Shown in pieces: positions 11,693 to 24,488 of a stretch of DNA of 64,000 nt. Origin of the DNA: Takakia lepidozioides. Taxonomy: Eukaryota; Plantae; Bryophyta. Within the stretch, counting starts at the first letter, position 1. Each line of letters begins with the position of its first letter. Both the position numbers and the translations under genes were made by a program. A model generated the notes under the pieces. That model was not told the DNA's origin, did not search any database, and saw only the letters and a program-made list of their open reading frames with translations. The stretch covers positions 37,634,001-37,698,000 of the forward strand of contig CM060731.1 of assembly GCA_030704615.1 (NCBI GenBank), written 5' to 3'.

Positions 11693-14600
11693 CTACATAA
11701 GTGTCTCCCTCACCCATGCCACTTCTGTAATATCGTGAACCACTCGTCGGGATCGAGGGTCCTTGTGAAGGACCACCTTCCAGTTCCCTCGTGAACTTTT
11801 TTCATCCGAGAAAAAAACTTGCTCCACCTGACTAGGGAATGTCCAGGGCTGCTCCATCCGAGGTAACATGCGACTGAAGTCAACCAAGAGAAAGCCATAA
11901 TCATCTCGTTTCATGGTGGCATTCCGGCCCACCATGTGTGACCTCACCCATCTACACAAGAACAGAATTGGGTTGAGAATTCCATAATCCAGTTGAATTA
12001 TTTCTGTTACAACACCCACATATTCCAATTGGGATAACACTCGTTTGGACATACCTGCTCTATTTTCGCTTTCCTGATGGAATACTTGAGCAACTCCAGA
12101 ATCAAATGTCACCCTGTCTGTGGCGCCAGTCCCATCACGTATTGCTCGAAAGTGATTGCCGTAAGCATACATGGACTTGAAGCCCAAGGACTGTACTGCT
12201 GGTGGTATACATAAATGGCATATGTCCAAATCATAGGACTCACCTGAACTCACCTTGCGTTGGACAGCACCTTCAATCCATTCATGGAATGGAGCCAGTA
12301 AGCGCATATCTGTTGGGTATGGAATTTCTCCATTGTGGTGGTCTTGGTCTTGTCCACAAAGGAATGTTGTTCTGAACTCAGTGCGGGATGCTTCTATGAG
12401 TGCCATCTCCTCTTCATAGGCCCTGTCCAAATGAGAATTGCAAATTAGGATTACAGCTTATACCATTGGCAGAAATGAAACACACAGGATATGATAAGCA
12501 ACATACTTACTCAAGGAATGGTTTCATGCAATCTGTGTTGTGCAAAATATACTCGTGTGCACTGTCTCGTTCTTGAATGGTGAGGACTCGTACACTTCCC
12601 AATCCTTGAACCACCTCCCCACTAACTGAGTCTTCTTCATTGGAGTCCCACACCCTTCGGCTTGTAGCATGAAATTCAGCCATATACTCAGTTAGAAACC
12701 CTAGGGCCTCATCCAAAGCATACCCTTCCGCCATGCTCCCTTCAGGTCGGCTCATATTCCTTACATAGCCTTTTAATGTCTTCATATACCGTTCCATAGG
12801 ATACATCCAACGGCTAGACACGGGACCACACACCTCCAATTCGTCCACAAGGTGTACAAGCAAGTGAGTCATGATATCAAAAAATGACGGAGGGAATTCT
12901 TTCTCCAGCAGACACATAGTGATTGCAACATCTTCTTTTAAGGCCGGTAGCTCAGTTGGATTAATGATCTTTGCACACACTTTTCGGAAGACTCGAGAAA
13001 GCCTCATAATTGCCATCCGTGGACCCTTTCCCAATACCCCTCGAATGCAAAGAGGTAAAATCTGCTGCATCATTACATGGTAGTCATGGGTTTTCATTGT
13101 AGACAGTTTATTGTCAGCCACATGTTTCTGGAATGTGGCAGCATAACCTGTGGGGGCCTTTACTGCAGCCAATGTTTCCAAAAACAACACCTTCTCATCT
13201 TCAGTAAGAACATATGGGGCCAAAGGCTTCACCAACTTGTTCGGGTGAGAGGGATGGGGTCTCAACCACAAGTGTTCACGAATGACATTGAGTTCCATAT
13301 CCTTCCTAGATGTGGCTGTGTCCTTCTCCCCAAGAATGGTTCTCAGCACATTCTCACACAAATTTTTTTCACAATGCATCACATCCAGTGTGTATCGGAT
13401 GAGTAAGTCTTTCCAGTATGGCAATTGGTTCAAAACAGTGACCCGTTTCATGCCATGTTCCTTTGAAGGGTCCTGTTTTCCCCCCTCAGCCCCTCCCATT
13501 GCGAGATACAACTCTCTGGTTTTAGCCCGGTCAAATTGCTCACTTGCAGTGACCACCATAGGAGCTGCTCTATGTTCCACATGTCCATTAAAGTGGGACG
13601 AGTTATTCCTATAGGGATGAACAGCAGGCAAGTATCTCCTATGACCAAGATACAAAACTTTTTTGCATGCCTTCGAGTACCTGGAATCAACATTAGGGCC
13701 GCAAGCTGGGCAAGCCTTGTATCCCCCGTGTGCGCATCCTGCTAGCAACCCATAAGCTGGAAAGTCGTGGATTGACCACATCAAGATGGCCCTCATGCGA
13801 AATGACTGTTGCCCCACTAGGCTACTTCCATCCAATGCCTCCACACCAACTTCCCACAACAATTTTAGCTCATCCACAAGGGGCTGCAGATAAACATCTG
13901 CATTGTCATTTCCCACAGATTGTGGTCCAGGAATCAATAAAGCCAACATCGTGAAAAATGGCTTAGTACACAGCCAGGGTGGAAGATTATAGTTTACCAA
14001 CATGACAGGCCAAGTTGACCATTTGTTTGATTTATCACTGTAAGGATTGACACCATCCCATGCGAGACCCAATCGCAGATTTCTGGGGTCCGCTGCAAAC
14101 TCAGGCCATTTTTGGTCAATGTGGGCCCAAGCCTTGCTGTCTGCTGGGTGCCTAACCAAGCCATCCAGACTTCGATTCTTAAAGTGCCATGACATTAACT
14201 CTGAGATGGATTTGGCTTTATACATTCGAAGCAGCCTTGGAATGATAGGGAAATGTCGAAGGACCTTACGAGGTACTGGTGTCTTCGTACCCACCACATA
14301 ACGACGTGCCTGACATTTTGGACAAACCTCCAAATTCTGAAGCTCCCTTCTGAACAACACACAGCCTTTCGGACATGCATGTATACTCTCGTAATGAAGC
14401 CCGAGTTCCATTATGAGTTGTTTTGCCTCATAGTGGGACTTTGGCAGGCAATTGTCTGCTGGCAACAGTTGTCTTCCTAACAATGTAAGGAGTTCATCGA
14501 CAAAGGTGTTTGACACACCATGGGTTTGACAAGCATTTAACAGCAGTAAGGTAGCAGACAATCGAGAGGAAGAACTCCCTACATATAAAGCCCTGGATGC

Positions 14601-15321
14601 CTCGTGCTCAAAACGTAAGGCACTCGCTGCACCACGATCACCATCGCTCTTCAGTCCACCATCAGTCTGCTCTGGCACTCCATCTGTGTCCCATTGGCCC
14701 TGTGTTCCATCTCCCGGTTCCTCATGTGCATCACCAGTTTGCACCCCATTATCTATAGTTGCGAATGTCTCCCGGAGCATTCTAAGCATGTCAAGATTAC
14801 GATCCAAGGTATCAGGACCACCTGCAGGGCTGGTTTCCGTTCTAAACCCCTCATGTTCGTCTCCAGAGTTTTCCTGCTTAGTACATATCAGACGCCACAT
14901 GTCAATCCACTATAAGATGGGGAGTTTTTTCATTTGCAATAGTGGATGTGGAACGTGCCATTTATACAGGCACGTGGCAATAGGAAAACGGACATGTACA
15001 ATACTCTACACCTTACAACAATACCGCTACCAGGAATTTGAACTGTTTCTTATAATTTCAAAGTATGCATCTGCAAAGGGAAGAGAATCCAGAGATATGC
15101 ACCGGGAGTTCTCGTAAGTTAGGATCTCGCAAGTTCAAAAGCAGATGACGCTTAGCCCGGCCAATGGTTTGCCAGTTCCCACCATGACAGGCATTGCATG
15201 GACATAGAATTTTCCGAAGACCCAGTCTTCTTGCTCGCGCTTCCTCTAGTTTCCACAATCTGTCATCGTCATGTTCTGCTTGTGTCCGCCTTTGCAATCG
15301 ATGGGCAGTAGGAGGGATCAT
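11693..15321 (-). CDS. CACTA TnpD transposase (transposase-associated CPCxxC domain, Transposase_21, DUF4218, DUF4216-like); exons ~15321-15103, ~14874-12510, ~12423-11693 (may extend to 11511 via a frameshift)
   Basis: LCPCNAC...HLL, HACPKGC, RNLRLGLAWDGVNP, YNLPPWLC, DFPAYG, DVMHCEKN, WMYPMERYMKTLKGYVRNMSRPEGSMAEGY, QVEQVFF..WKVV. The large exon is an uninterrupted 797-codon ORF. Confidence 0.93.
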
Positions 15322-16483
15322 CTTGGCGAGTGAGTGAGACTCGTCAGGAAATGGAGACCCAAATAGAGTGTCCAGAAGTTACACCAGGGCGCAAGCCTAC
15401 AGCGAGGGAGGTAGAACGAGCAAAGCGTCAAGCGGAGAACAAGGCATTCTTCGCACGACTGAAGATCTACGACATTGCAAAGAGGTCCAAACTTCGGTTT
15501 TTTTCATATCCCCTACCTAGCCCTAGCCATGAAACCGCATTAAAAGCTCCAAACCTGCAGAGAGGATATGTTAGGGTTTTGCAGCTGCTGACTTTGTCTT
15601 TCTTCTTCTTTGCAGCGTCGAAGAGAGCTTGAGTCGCCCTAAACGCCTCGTTGAGGAAATCCTCAAACACACAGGTCCTCCTCGCCGAAGTCACAGAGTT
15701 CAACTCCTGCACTCTGCAATGTCACAAGGGGAGAAAGAGGTAGAGCAAGAGGAGGAAGCGCAGGTTCAAGCGGAGTCAGACACAGAGGAGGCACGAGAGC
15801 AAGAATTGCAGCGAGACCAAGATTATGCCGCACATGAAGACTTCAATGAGACCAGCTCGGAGTCAGAGATGGAAACGATGAAAGAAGCCCCAACAAAGAC
15901 AAAGCGCGCAAAGCACCCTGCAAACTCCCCAACCCATCAGCAGGTTTGCGATCTGCACCAAAGTTCTGTCTCCATATGCATATGAAAAGGCAGTGAGGGT
16001 AAGAAACAATTGCAGCAAGGTTGTTGGGCATGAGTCTTGCATATGAATTTGGGTGGGAAAAGGCTCACTGGAATGTCAACTCCAGTTGCCTGCTTTCTGG
16101 CTTGGTCTGGATTGTAATGAGGCCAACAGTTGTGGGGGTCATACTTCTTCTTCAACAAAGCCAGATAGACAATGCAGCACTAGAGGCACTTGAAGTCCTT
16201 ACCCCTAAACCCTCCAACATCTCTTTGCCAATTCAACTTGTGGACCATGTGCCTTTGTTTTCAGCAATGTGAGTGTTGGTACTCTTATGGTATGCTTGAC
16301 TCTCCTTCATGATGGTATATAAATGTTGCCTCTTTTTCCTTTTTCATCTTGAACCCATAAACTGAGAATAGTGGTTTTGATTTGGTGATTGTCTCTCACC
16401 AATCCATGGACCAAGAAGAAGAACAACATGAACGGTAGTGACAAGCCACTTTGTCTAACTTCATTTTCATCAGAGAGAGAGAG

Positions 16484-18121
16484 ATTGTACTCATAAGACG
16501 TTGTTTGCCGTAGCCTTGTGGACATTGACCCCGCGCCCAGTTTGAGCGGGAACAAAAGGGACAGAACCTACCTCTGTCAGGGGCTGACGTTGGTAGTAAG
16601 ACTTACCTTCATATATAGAATTAATTCGGGTTTTCCAGATATCCTCTAGAAATCCTTCTTGTATAGATTGACAATGACGCCCTGTCACCAGCGAAAGGGG
16701 ATCGTTTCAGTCTTCTAGATCAGGTTAAAGAGGAGAAGTAGGGATTGAATTCTGTCTTGAAGTTGATGGATTGAACCGTCTCTGCCAACGCCTGATTTAT
16801 GTTGACAACCCGCATGGGATCGCCACCGTGCTTGATAAGCTCGTTGACAATACCATCAGGTCCACCAGCTTTATATCCATTTAAATGTTCAATTGCTTCC
16901 ACAATCTCAGAAGGACTAATGGGAGCGTTATAAGCCATTGAAATATACTCCAGTTCATCAGGGCTGTTTTGCATCATAGGAACAGTTTTTCCAACTGTGT
17001 CCCTCCATTCAGTAGAAGACCCCTCACTGTTAGACCTAGAAGTTATGCCAAGGATACTGTAGTGAGTTTCAAAGGTTTTGACAATGTCAACCGATGAAGT
17101 CACCACTGCACCTTTAGTAGTCTTCAGCGCTTGTACTTGCTGACCGTTTTTCGGCTTGTACAAATGTTGAAGGGCCAACCAGAATTTCTTGTCATTACCA
17201 CCATGGTGTTTGAGTTTATTTCACTGTATAACTTGTCCCAGTATAATTTCTTCTGAGACCTAACAAGCTGTTTGATATCTTTACGGAGCTGGTAGTACCT
17301 CGCCCACAATTCTCTGTTGGTTTCCAAATTGCAGCACTCTTTATAGAGGGCTCGTCTCTCAGCTATCTTGAGTTTAATCTCATTGGTCCACCAATTAACA
17401 GCTCTACCATAGACAATTAGTTTCATCCCAATGATCTTGTCAACCACGGAGGAAACGAAACTCTCCCAAGAGTCCCCTGCTCTTTCGACTTCATTTCTTG
17501 CGTTATCAGAGCGAGACTGAAGTTCTTGGAGCGATTGGACAAAATGAGGGAGACCCTCTTGCAAGGGCTGGACATACTCAGCCTTGACCTCCTCATTATG
17601 GAGTTTTTCTATGCGCCACTTCCGAATCGAATGTTTCACATATCTCTTGGTGTTGGGAAAACACCTTTTGATCTCATTCCAAACCAGGAAATGGTCAGAG
17701 GTACCAATATCAGTTCTGTCGATCAACACATTGGCACACTGGGGGAACAAATTTTTGTCCATTATGATATAATCCACAATGGAACGTTCCCCAGTTTGGG
17801 ATTTCTCACGAGTCCACTGCACTTGGTCACCTCTTGTCCTGTTATTCAAGGTCAAAAGCTGAAGATCTTCTAGACAGTTAATTAACCGTCTGCCATTAGA
17901 ATTCAGTTCGTCCTCACCAAAAGGTCCAATGATATCGTCCTGATGGAGCCCTTTGCCCACCCGGGCATTGAAGTCACCCAATAGCACCACCTGACCTTTG
18001 GCAAGGAACGAAGCACAGTCCAGCTTTACATCTTCGAAGGCTTTGTCTGCATCAGCTTGTGAGCGTCCCCTCTGTGGGCATGTAAACACAACCCACAAAG
18101 AGGTCCTTCGTCCTCGAGACT

Positions 18122-18124
<3 letters not shown>
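16484..18124 (-). mobile_element. Internally deleted LINE (family B): APE endonuclease + linker + start of RT + 3' end, nested in the CACTA
   Basis: FVGCVYMPT, LLGDFNARVG, NSNGRRL, IVDYII, SDHFLV, then KAGGPDGIVNELIKHGG, then a jump to the C-terminal FLEDIWKTR. The 3' end abuts (AG)n at ~16471-16483. Confidence 0.85.
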
Positions 18125-18156
<32 letters not shown>

Positions 18157-19105
18157 CACTCCTGAGAAGTTGCTTATCATAGCCTTGTGGCCACAGACCT
18201 TGCCCGTGCCCAGCAGAACAAGAGGGAACAGACATGAGGGGCTCACTCTAGTAGTAGGACTTACCGTGTTATAAACATTAGTTCAGGCTTTCCAGATTCC
18301 TTTTAGAAAGCCCTTCACACAAGCATCAATATGTTGTATGTGGGCTACCAAGCAATGAGACCCCAACAAGGCCACCGCTTTAGACTCAGCCTTGAGATAT
18401 TGAAAGTTGGTGAACAGAGGTGCAGGGACTATGTTCTTGATGGTCCTGAAGAGGGTCGCTCTCTGATGAGAATACCCCGGACTTGTATCAGAAAATGGAC
18501 ATTGTCTTCAGGCCACCCACACCAGTGAGCATTGACAATCTCCCTTTCCTCTCTACATCTGTTTATTGTTCAAAGATAGACTCCCCATCCTGAGGTAAAA
18601 TTTTCAGTCTAGTGCCAAGGGTAGGTCTGCCCTTCAGATCATCCTCAAAGTCCTCACCCATGTCACAAACTGGAAACGAGTTCAGGGAAGTTTATGCCTA
18701 ACATTGTTTTGTTCGGACATTCTTCATGCTTTTGACATGGCCTTAGACACTTCAGCCTCCACGTCAGATTCATCTAGCAGGGTGAGTTCTTCCTTCCTAA
18801 TATTCAGGTATTTATCATAGGGTCGCTGGTTTGAGGCATGCGATTCAGCTGACTGTACCATCTGACCTTGAACTCATCATGTTGAGAGGTCAAGGCTGGT
18901 ACTCCAAACTCGCCCTGAGCAGCCATGTCAGTTGTTCTACAGCTTCTGGGGTCAGGGGAAAGATATGGAGGATGGTTCACAACCTGCATGCGAACACCAA
19001 AGCTTGTGTTGTGGTCAATAGCGAGAAGTCTAATTTCTTTGACATTGACCAAGGTGTAGCTCAAGGTTGTACCCTCTCCCCGCTGCTCTTCAATGTTTTC
19101 GTTTA
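18125..19105 (-). mobile_element. Second LINE family B copy: minus-strand 3' part (18125-~18926) plus an inverted RT segment (~18940-19105, plus strand)
   Basis: (AG)14 tract at 18125-18152. The 3'UTR resembles 16520-16660. Minus strand gives AAQGEFGV...VRWYSQLNRMP. Plus strand gives the RT motif GVRGKIWR...QGVAQGCTLSPLLFNVF. Confidence 0.75.
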
Positions 19106-22100
19106 TCAGCCCTTTAAAAATTAGTGATGCCGCCATACCAGCACTTATGAAGAGATCAGGCCTTATCAGGCCTTGGAGTACACATCTGCCGTGTGGGTTG
19201 GCCAACTCCAATCATGCTAAAACTTTAGAATCCATTCAGCTTTTGGTGCTCAAAGAGAGCATGTCACGTTCTATTGCTTCAGCAATCTCAGAAGAACTAA
19301 TGGGCACGTTGTACCCCTTTGTGATGCACTCCAGTTTTTCAGGGTTGTCTTGGATTGTAGACAGTCATTTCCACTGTACCCTTCCATTCTTTAGAAGACT
19401 CCTCACTGTTTATAGGTAGGTCTGACTGACAGGGTCTTCTTGCATAGGCCTTTGGGCTTTGCTTACCCACTAGGTTTGCCATCCCTAATAGTATGGTGGT
19501 ATTGTTTCTCATGTTTATGTTGAGCAATGTGTGCAGAGTTCAGTAAAAAAAAGGAAGGGAATTGCAGGGAAGGATGCGAACGAGCATAAGTCTCTTACTC
19601 CAGCAAAGTGTGCACCAACTATTGCGCCAACTGCTGTGATGAGTGGCGCGGTTGTTCCAACTTACGAAAAACCAGCCCCGCCCACTCCACAGACTGACGT
19701 TCCAGCTCCCTTGTATCCACCAGTATCGGCTCCTCCCTCGTATCCGCTTGTGTACCCGCATATCCTGCCATGTCAGGGTATAATCTGCATGGGCACATGC
19801 CGTATCCTCACTATCAACCTCCAAACAATGATCCTCAGTGCCAGAATTACAATTCTTTTGCTCCACCTGCAGGCGCTCCAATGCATGATCCTAGTCAAGG
19901 TGGGTATTCCATTTACCACCATTATGGAATGCATCCCCATAGTATGTATCCTCCTCGGCCTATGTACAACCAACCTACTTCCTCCCTCTATCCTACCAGC
20001 CCTGCAAGACCACACCAGGGGCAGGTCCAGTATGGTGGCCACCAAACTTCAGGATCCAACTACAGTGGAGTACAACAGCCGGCACCTTCGAGCTTCACTG
20101 CACCGCGGCCACCTCTTTATCCAACATCTCCAGGTACACCTAATACCCTGAAAGGGAAAGGCATTCTGAAACAGACCGAGGATGCATTTGCTCCGCATCA
20201 TCCTGTGGGGTGGGAGACAACAGTCCAGCCCCAACAGAGTGAAGGTGGTAACATGCAAGGTACTGCTGAAACCTTGCAGGATTCCAGCCTTACTCCTGGG
20301 GGGACATCAGGTGTGACTCCTATAGAACGCAAAAATGCTTTAAGGAGGGAAAGAAGGGCACTTGCAAAAGATCTGAGAGACCAGGCTGCTCAGAATGTGG
20401 CTGTAGGGAGGAGGAAATTTTTCATTTCTTGTGATGAACTTGGAAACCCTGAAGGTCCTGCTCGGAACCAGTGGATGACAGCTCTGCGAGGGCAGTGTCA
20501 ACGTTTGTTGGACTGGTCATTGTATGCTCAAGATCAACCATTACACTTAATTGAAAAGATCATGGAGATCTTGGCTTCAGATTGGGAATACGGACCTCCT
20601 GGTCTTAACATAAAGGCTATTACAAAAACAATTTGCGGGCAGCTCAAGTACCAACGAAATAAGCTGTTCAAAAATTACTATAGTGTGGGGCTGCCCAAAC
20701 CCCATCATGTGCCAGACAAGACATGGGCACAACTAGTTGTTAGTTGGGGTTCCACTGATTTCAAGAAATTCCAGGCAAATGGTGTCAAGGCGCGGGGATG
20801 TGTGAAGAATACATCTCGATCGGGTCGCAGTGGAATCAGCGGTGTTGTAGCACGACTGGTATACTTCTCTTACAACATAGGAAGTTCCCACATTGTTTTG
20901 CATTGACAAACTTTATGTGTTGGGTTTTTTTGGATGGAGCTCATAGTCTATTCCTATATGGATGGAATTAGTACACATTGCTACTACTTGGGGGCCTTCT
21001 CAGAGTTGGGCGCCAGCAAGAAACTAAGCACTCTTATTGAGGGGGAGTCATTGACGCTATCCTAGATAATTCTTTACTGTTGGCAGTGTGCTATGCTAGT
21101 CATTTACACTTGCAAGTTTGTTGCAATCACAGGAGAAGGAGACTGGACGTACACCAAGTTTGCAGGAGATCGCCGGTAGCGCCAGGAGTGACAAAGGCTA
21201 CGGGTCGGGGTGTACAGGCAGTGCAGCCACAACGGTATATGAACTCAGTACCAATTCTGGTGTGAATTACATATTCGTGATTTCCATGCCATTGCTAGTT
21301 GCCGTTTGGTTCTCTTTTCTTACTAGTTCATCAGTCAGTGTAGTGAATTGTTACTTTGGAGGTGTTCTATGTGATGGGGCAGGGAATTGGTTCACTAGCA
21401 GCTCGCCTCGATGCTATGGAAAACAAACAAGTGCAGATGGAAGCCAGCTCCAAGGCAGCTTTGGAAGCAGTCCAAGTCCAACTGGAGGCAGCAGCTGCAT
21501 TCAACATTGCGCTCGCAGCTAAACTTGGCATGAATGTGCCAGATTCACAGCCTACAGGTCCACCATGCACCACCTTTGCGCCACATCCAACAAATGAGAC
21601 TATTTCTCATGTTATGGGCTCACCACTCAACCTGTTCAAGGCAGTTTCTTCACCGCCACCAAAGCCAAACACAATAGGCTCATTGTTTGGGCTTTCAGAA
21701 ATGGAGGGGGATGATGACATGGAGGGTTGGTCTGAAGGTGAACTCAATCCATCCCCCCATATTGTTGAGGCAACTGCAAAGTGTTCATCAGTTTTGTTGT
21801 CCCCTACACCAGTAGCACTGCCGGCATATGTACTACCCTCTCAATATGCCTGTGAGGTCTCCATGAATTTGCAGAGTGCCCCACAGAAAGGTGTGTCTTT
21901 TGTACATGATAATCATGTACAAGTTGTAGGTAATTGCCCTTCGGCAACTGAGAGGCAGAAACACATCCTTATACTTGACTTGAATGGATTGTTATGTGAG
22001 AGCAAACTACGAACAAGGGAATACCTAGAGCCCACTGTCACCTCCAGACCTGGGTGTCAGGAGTTTCTGGACCGATGCCTTCAGATTTTTGATGTAGGTG

Positions 22101-24488
22101 TATGGTCTTCCATGTCATTGAGTAATGTCCTTCCAGTTGTGAAAGCTTTGTTTCGTGGGAAGCAACCAAAGATGGTGCTTCACCAAGACTATTGTGACCA
22201 GCCTGTGGGAATGGTGGACCCTTTCAATCCTTCTAAAACTGTCATGTACAAGAACTTATGTAAGTTTTGGAAGGACTACAGCCATTACAATCCAACCAAT
22301 ACTTTGCTGGTGGACGATTCCCCACTCACTTGCTTACCCAACCCTGCAAATAATTGCATCTTCCGTATCCATGGAAGTTGAGGGATCAGCCAAACTGCAA
22401 GAGGCTTATGAAAGAATTACTGCCTTGGTTAGAGGGTGTATCCAAGGCTGCACACATCCCTGAGTATGTGTCAGGGCACCCATACAGATATGGGCAGCCC
22501 AACTACTTGTTCAATACTGCAGCCATGGGTAGTGGATCACAACAATCTGCAAAGGCATCCGAACCAGGGCTTCCTGCTGCCAGAGTTCCAACGACTTTGC
22601 CTCCCGATGCAACAACAAAGCATAATCAAAGAAAGGTGAGAGCAAAAGTTTCAATGCTTGGGCGCGTGGGTGGATTTGTATTGTTAATGCTACTTCACAA
22701 TGTGTGTCATTCGTGCTATTCTCATTTTTTGATCGTTGTGTCATTCAATATACAGATGGTGAAACCAGTGAAGCGTTCAATGGACAGGGAGAGTACAATA
22801 TGTGCTATCAATCAGACTACAACCACAGTGGATCTAACTGAACCACAGGGTGACCAACAAAATCCGCACAGTGTAAGTACTTCATTTGTGCAATTTTGTT
22901 TCCTTGTCTGATGCTGGATCAATACACCTCTTATGTATCGCCACATAGCTGCAGGCCCAACAACCTACAAAGGTAGTTTTGTGACATCGTCCTACCACAT
23001 CCATGTTGACCATGCATAACCTGCTACCAACTAGGTATGGCACCGTTCCAGCTTTGATCATGTCAGCATGTAGTATAGAGACAAGCAAATGCAATTCGGA
23101 ATTGGAAGTACTGCAATAGGTAGGGTTGGGGTGTTTGCTGGAAGAACTTCAATGTCATTTTGCAGGAGTGTCAAGCTGTCAGTCTCTGTTCTCCAGGGTT
23201 CATTTCTGATATAGGAATCTGGTTTTTGTTGCAGTTTCAGATCGGCGACAAGGTGTTATTGTTTGATCCTTGTGCACCAAAAAGAAGGGCAGGTGTGGGA
23301 TATATTGCTGGATTTCCGAAAGCAAATGTGCCAGACAACTATTACCGTATCCATGTGAAATCGGTCATGATTTCAGAGGTTGTGTTGCCGTACCCGGACT
23401 ACTCTGTTACCCCTAATTATACCACATTGGGTGACACGCAGGGAAGTTCCACCTTATGGTCTGAAAAGTTTCTTAAACACGCGTGATATTGAAGGTGCTA
23501 CAAGTTTAGTTTAGTTTTCTTTATGGATTGAGGGTTGCTGAGACAGGTGAACAAAACAGCTCTTCTCACATGAACAGTATTTTTGAATTGATGCTCTTGC
23601 TATTCTCATGTATGATCACAAGATCCCCTTGTTCAAGGGCAACTTCATTTTCCCACATCAAGCCAAATTTTTCTTGTGTAGACATGAATGTGGTATTTTG
23701 CTGGTTGTTTGCTATATTTAATATTAATAACATTACTATTGGTCAATGTGGTTAATAATACAATTATTATCCCTGTTTTAAATAAGCTTTTGTTTAAATG
23801 AAACAAAACAAATAATAATTCTAAAATAATAATATATTACATATTAAATCAAGCAGCCAATGGCTTTTGGGGTGCTATCCCATTTATTATAAGAATAATA
23901 AGAATAATAATATGACTATTCATTTTGGCATTTGTCAACAAATAATAATTGTTTACTTTTCGTCCAATAGGAACAAAACAATGGATATGACAGTATTCAC
24001 ACTAGTGTCATTGCGATCACACCACGACTTGAACCTGGTGTTAAATCTGTGTGAGAGAATCCGTAAGAAGAGCCCTTAATATCTATTATTTATTTAATAA
24101 TTCTGATGGACTCTATTACGTGGCATTCCCTTTGACATACATGTGGCAGACATGGTGGCAATGAGGTGTAATAAGTACCGTAGAAAGACCATTAAGATTA
24201 CTTAGTCAAAATAGTAGTTGAACTAACCAGTCAAAACGGCCGTCAAAATATCCGTCAAAAGAGCCACCTAAACCTACTGCCACATCAGGTGCAAGTTTGG
24301 TGTGAGATGGTTTTTTTCACAGGACCAAGAAAGTTCACATGTGGTGCAAAGGACTAGGTTAACCTAACACCAAGGGGGGGTGTGAACTTGGGCTCTTTTC
24401 ACACCAAAATGTGTGAGAAGAGCCGTTAAAAAAACCGGTTTCTGTATTAGTGTATTTGACAGAGTGGATTTGGAGGACCGGGCTTGAA

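Larger units (their letters stand above)
15351..23486 (+). pseudogene. CACTA TnpA-like multi-exon gene: N-terminal ERAKRQAENKAFF helix, acidic and Pro-rich regions, Transposase_24-like domain (~20400-20858), FCP1/NIF HAD domain (~21960-22500), C-terminal Transposase_23-like domain (~23240-23486). Frameshifted, with LINEs in an intron
   Basis: Phase-2 intron 15485-15615 joins the ORFs in frame. TWAQLVVSWGS...KAR...SRSGRSG resembles the Ptta/En/Spm domain. ILILDLNGLL, RPGCQEFL, DVGVWSS and NTLLVDDSP are HAD motifs. VVLPYP...TTLGDTQGSSTLWS is the C-terminal domain. Frameshifts near 19770 and 22365. Confidence 0.75.
8135..24452. mobile_element. Complete CACTA (En/Spm) DNA transposon, 16.3 kb
   Basis: Left TIR CACTACTACAAAAACCGGTTTTT (8135). 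The right end reverse-complements to CACTAATACAGAAACCGGTTTTT (ends 24452). 3-bp TSD TAT at 8132-8134 and 24453-24455. Subterminal GTTCACACC/GGTGTGAAC motifs. Internal TnpD and TnpA-type genes. Confidence 0.95.
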
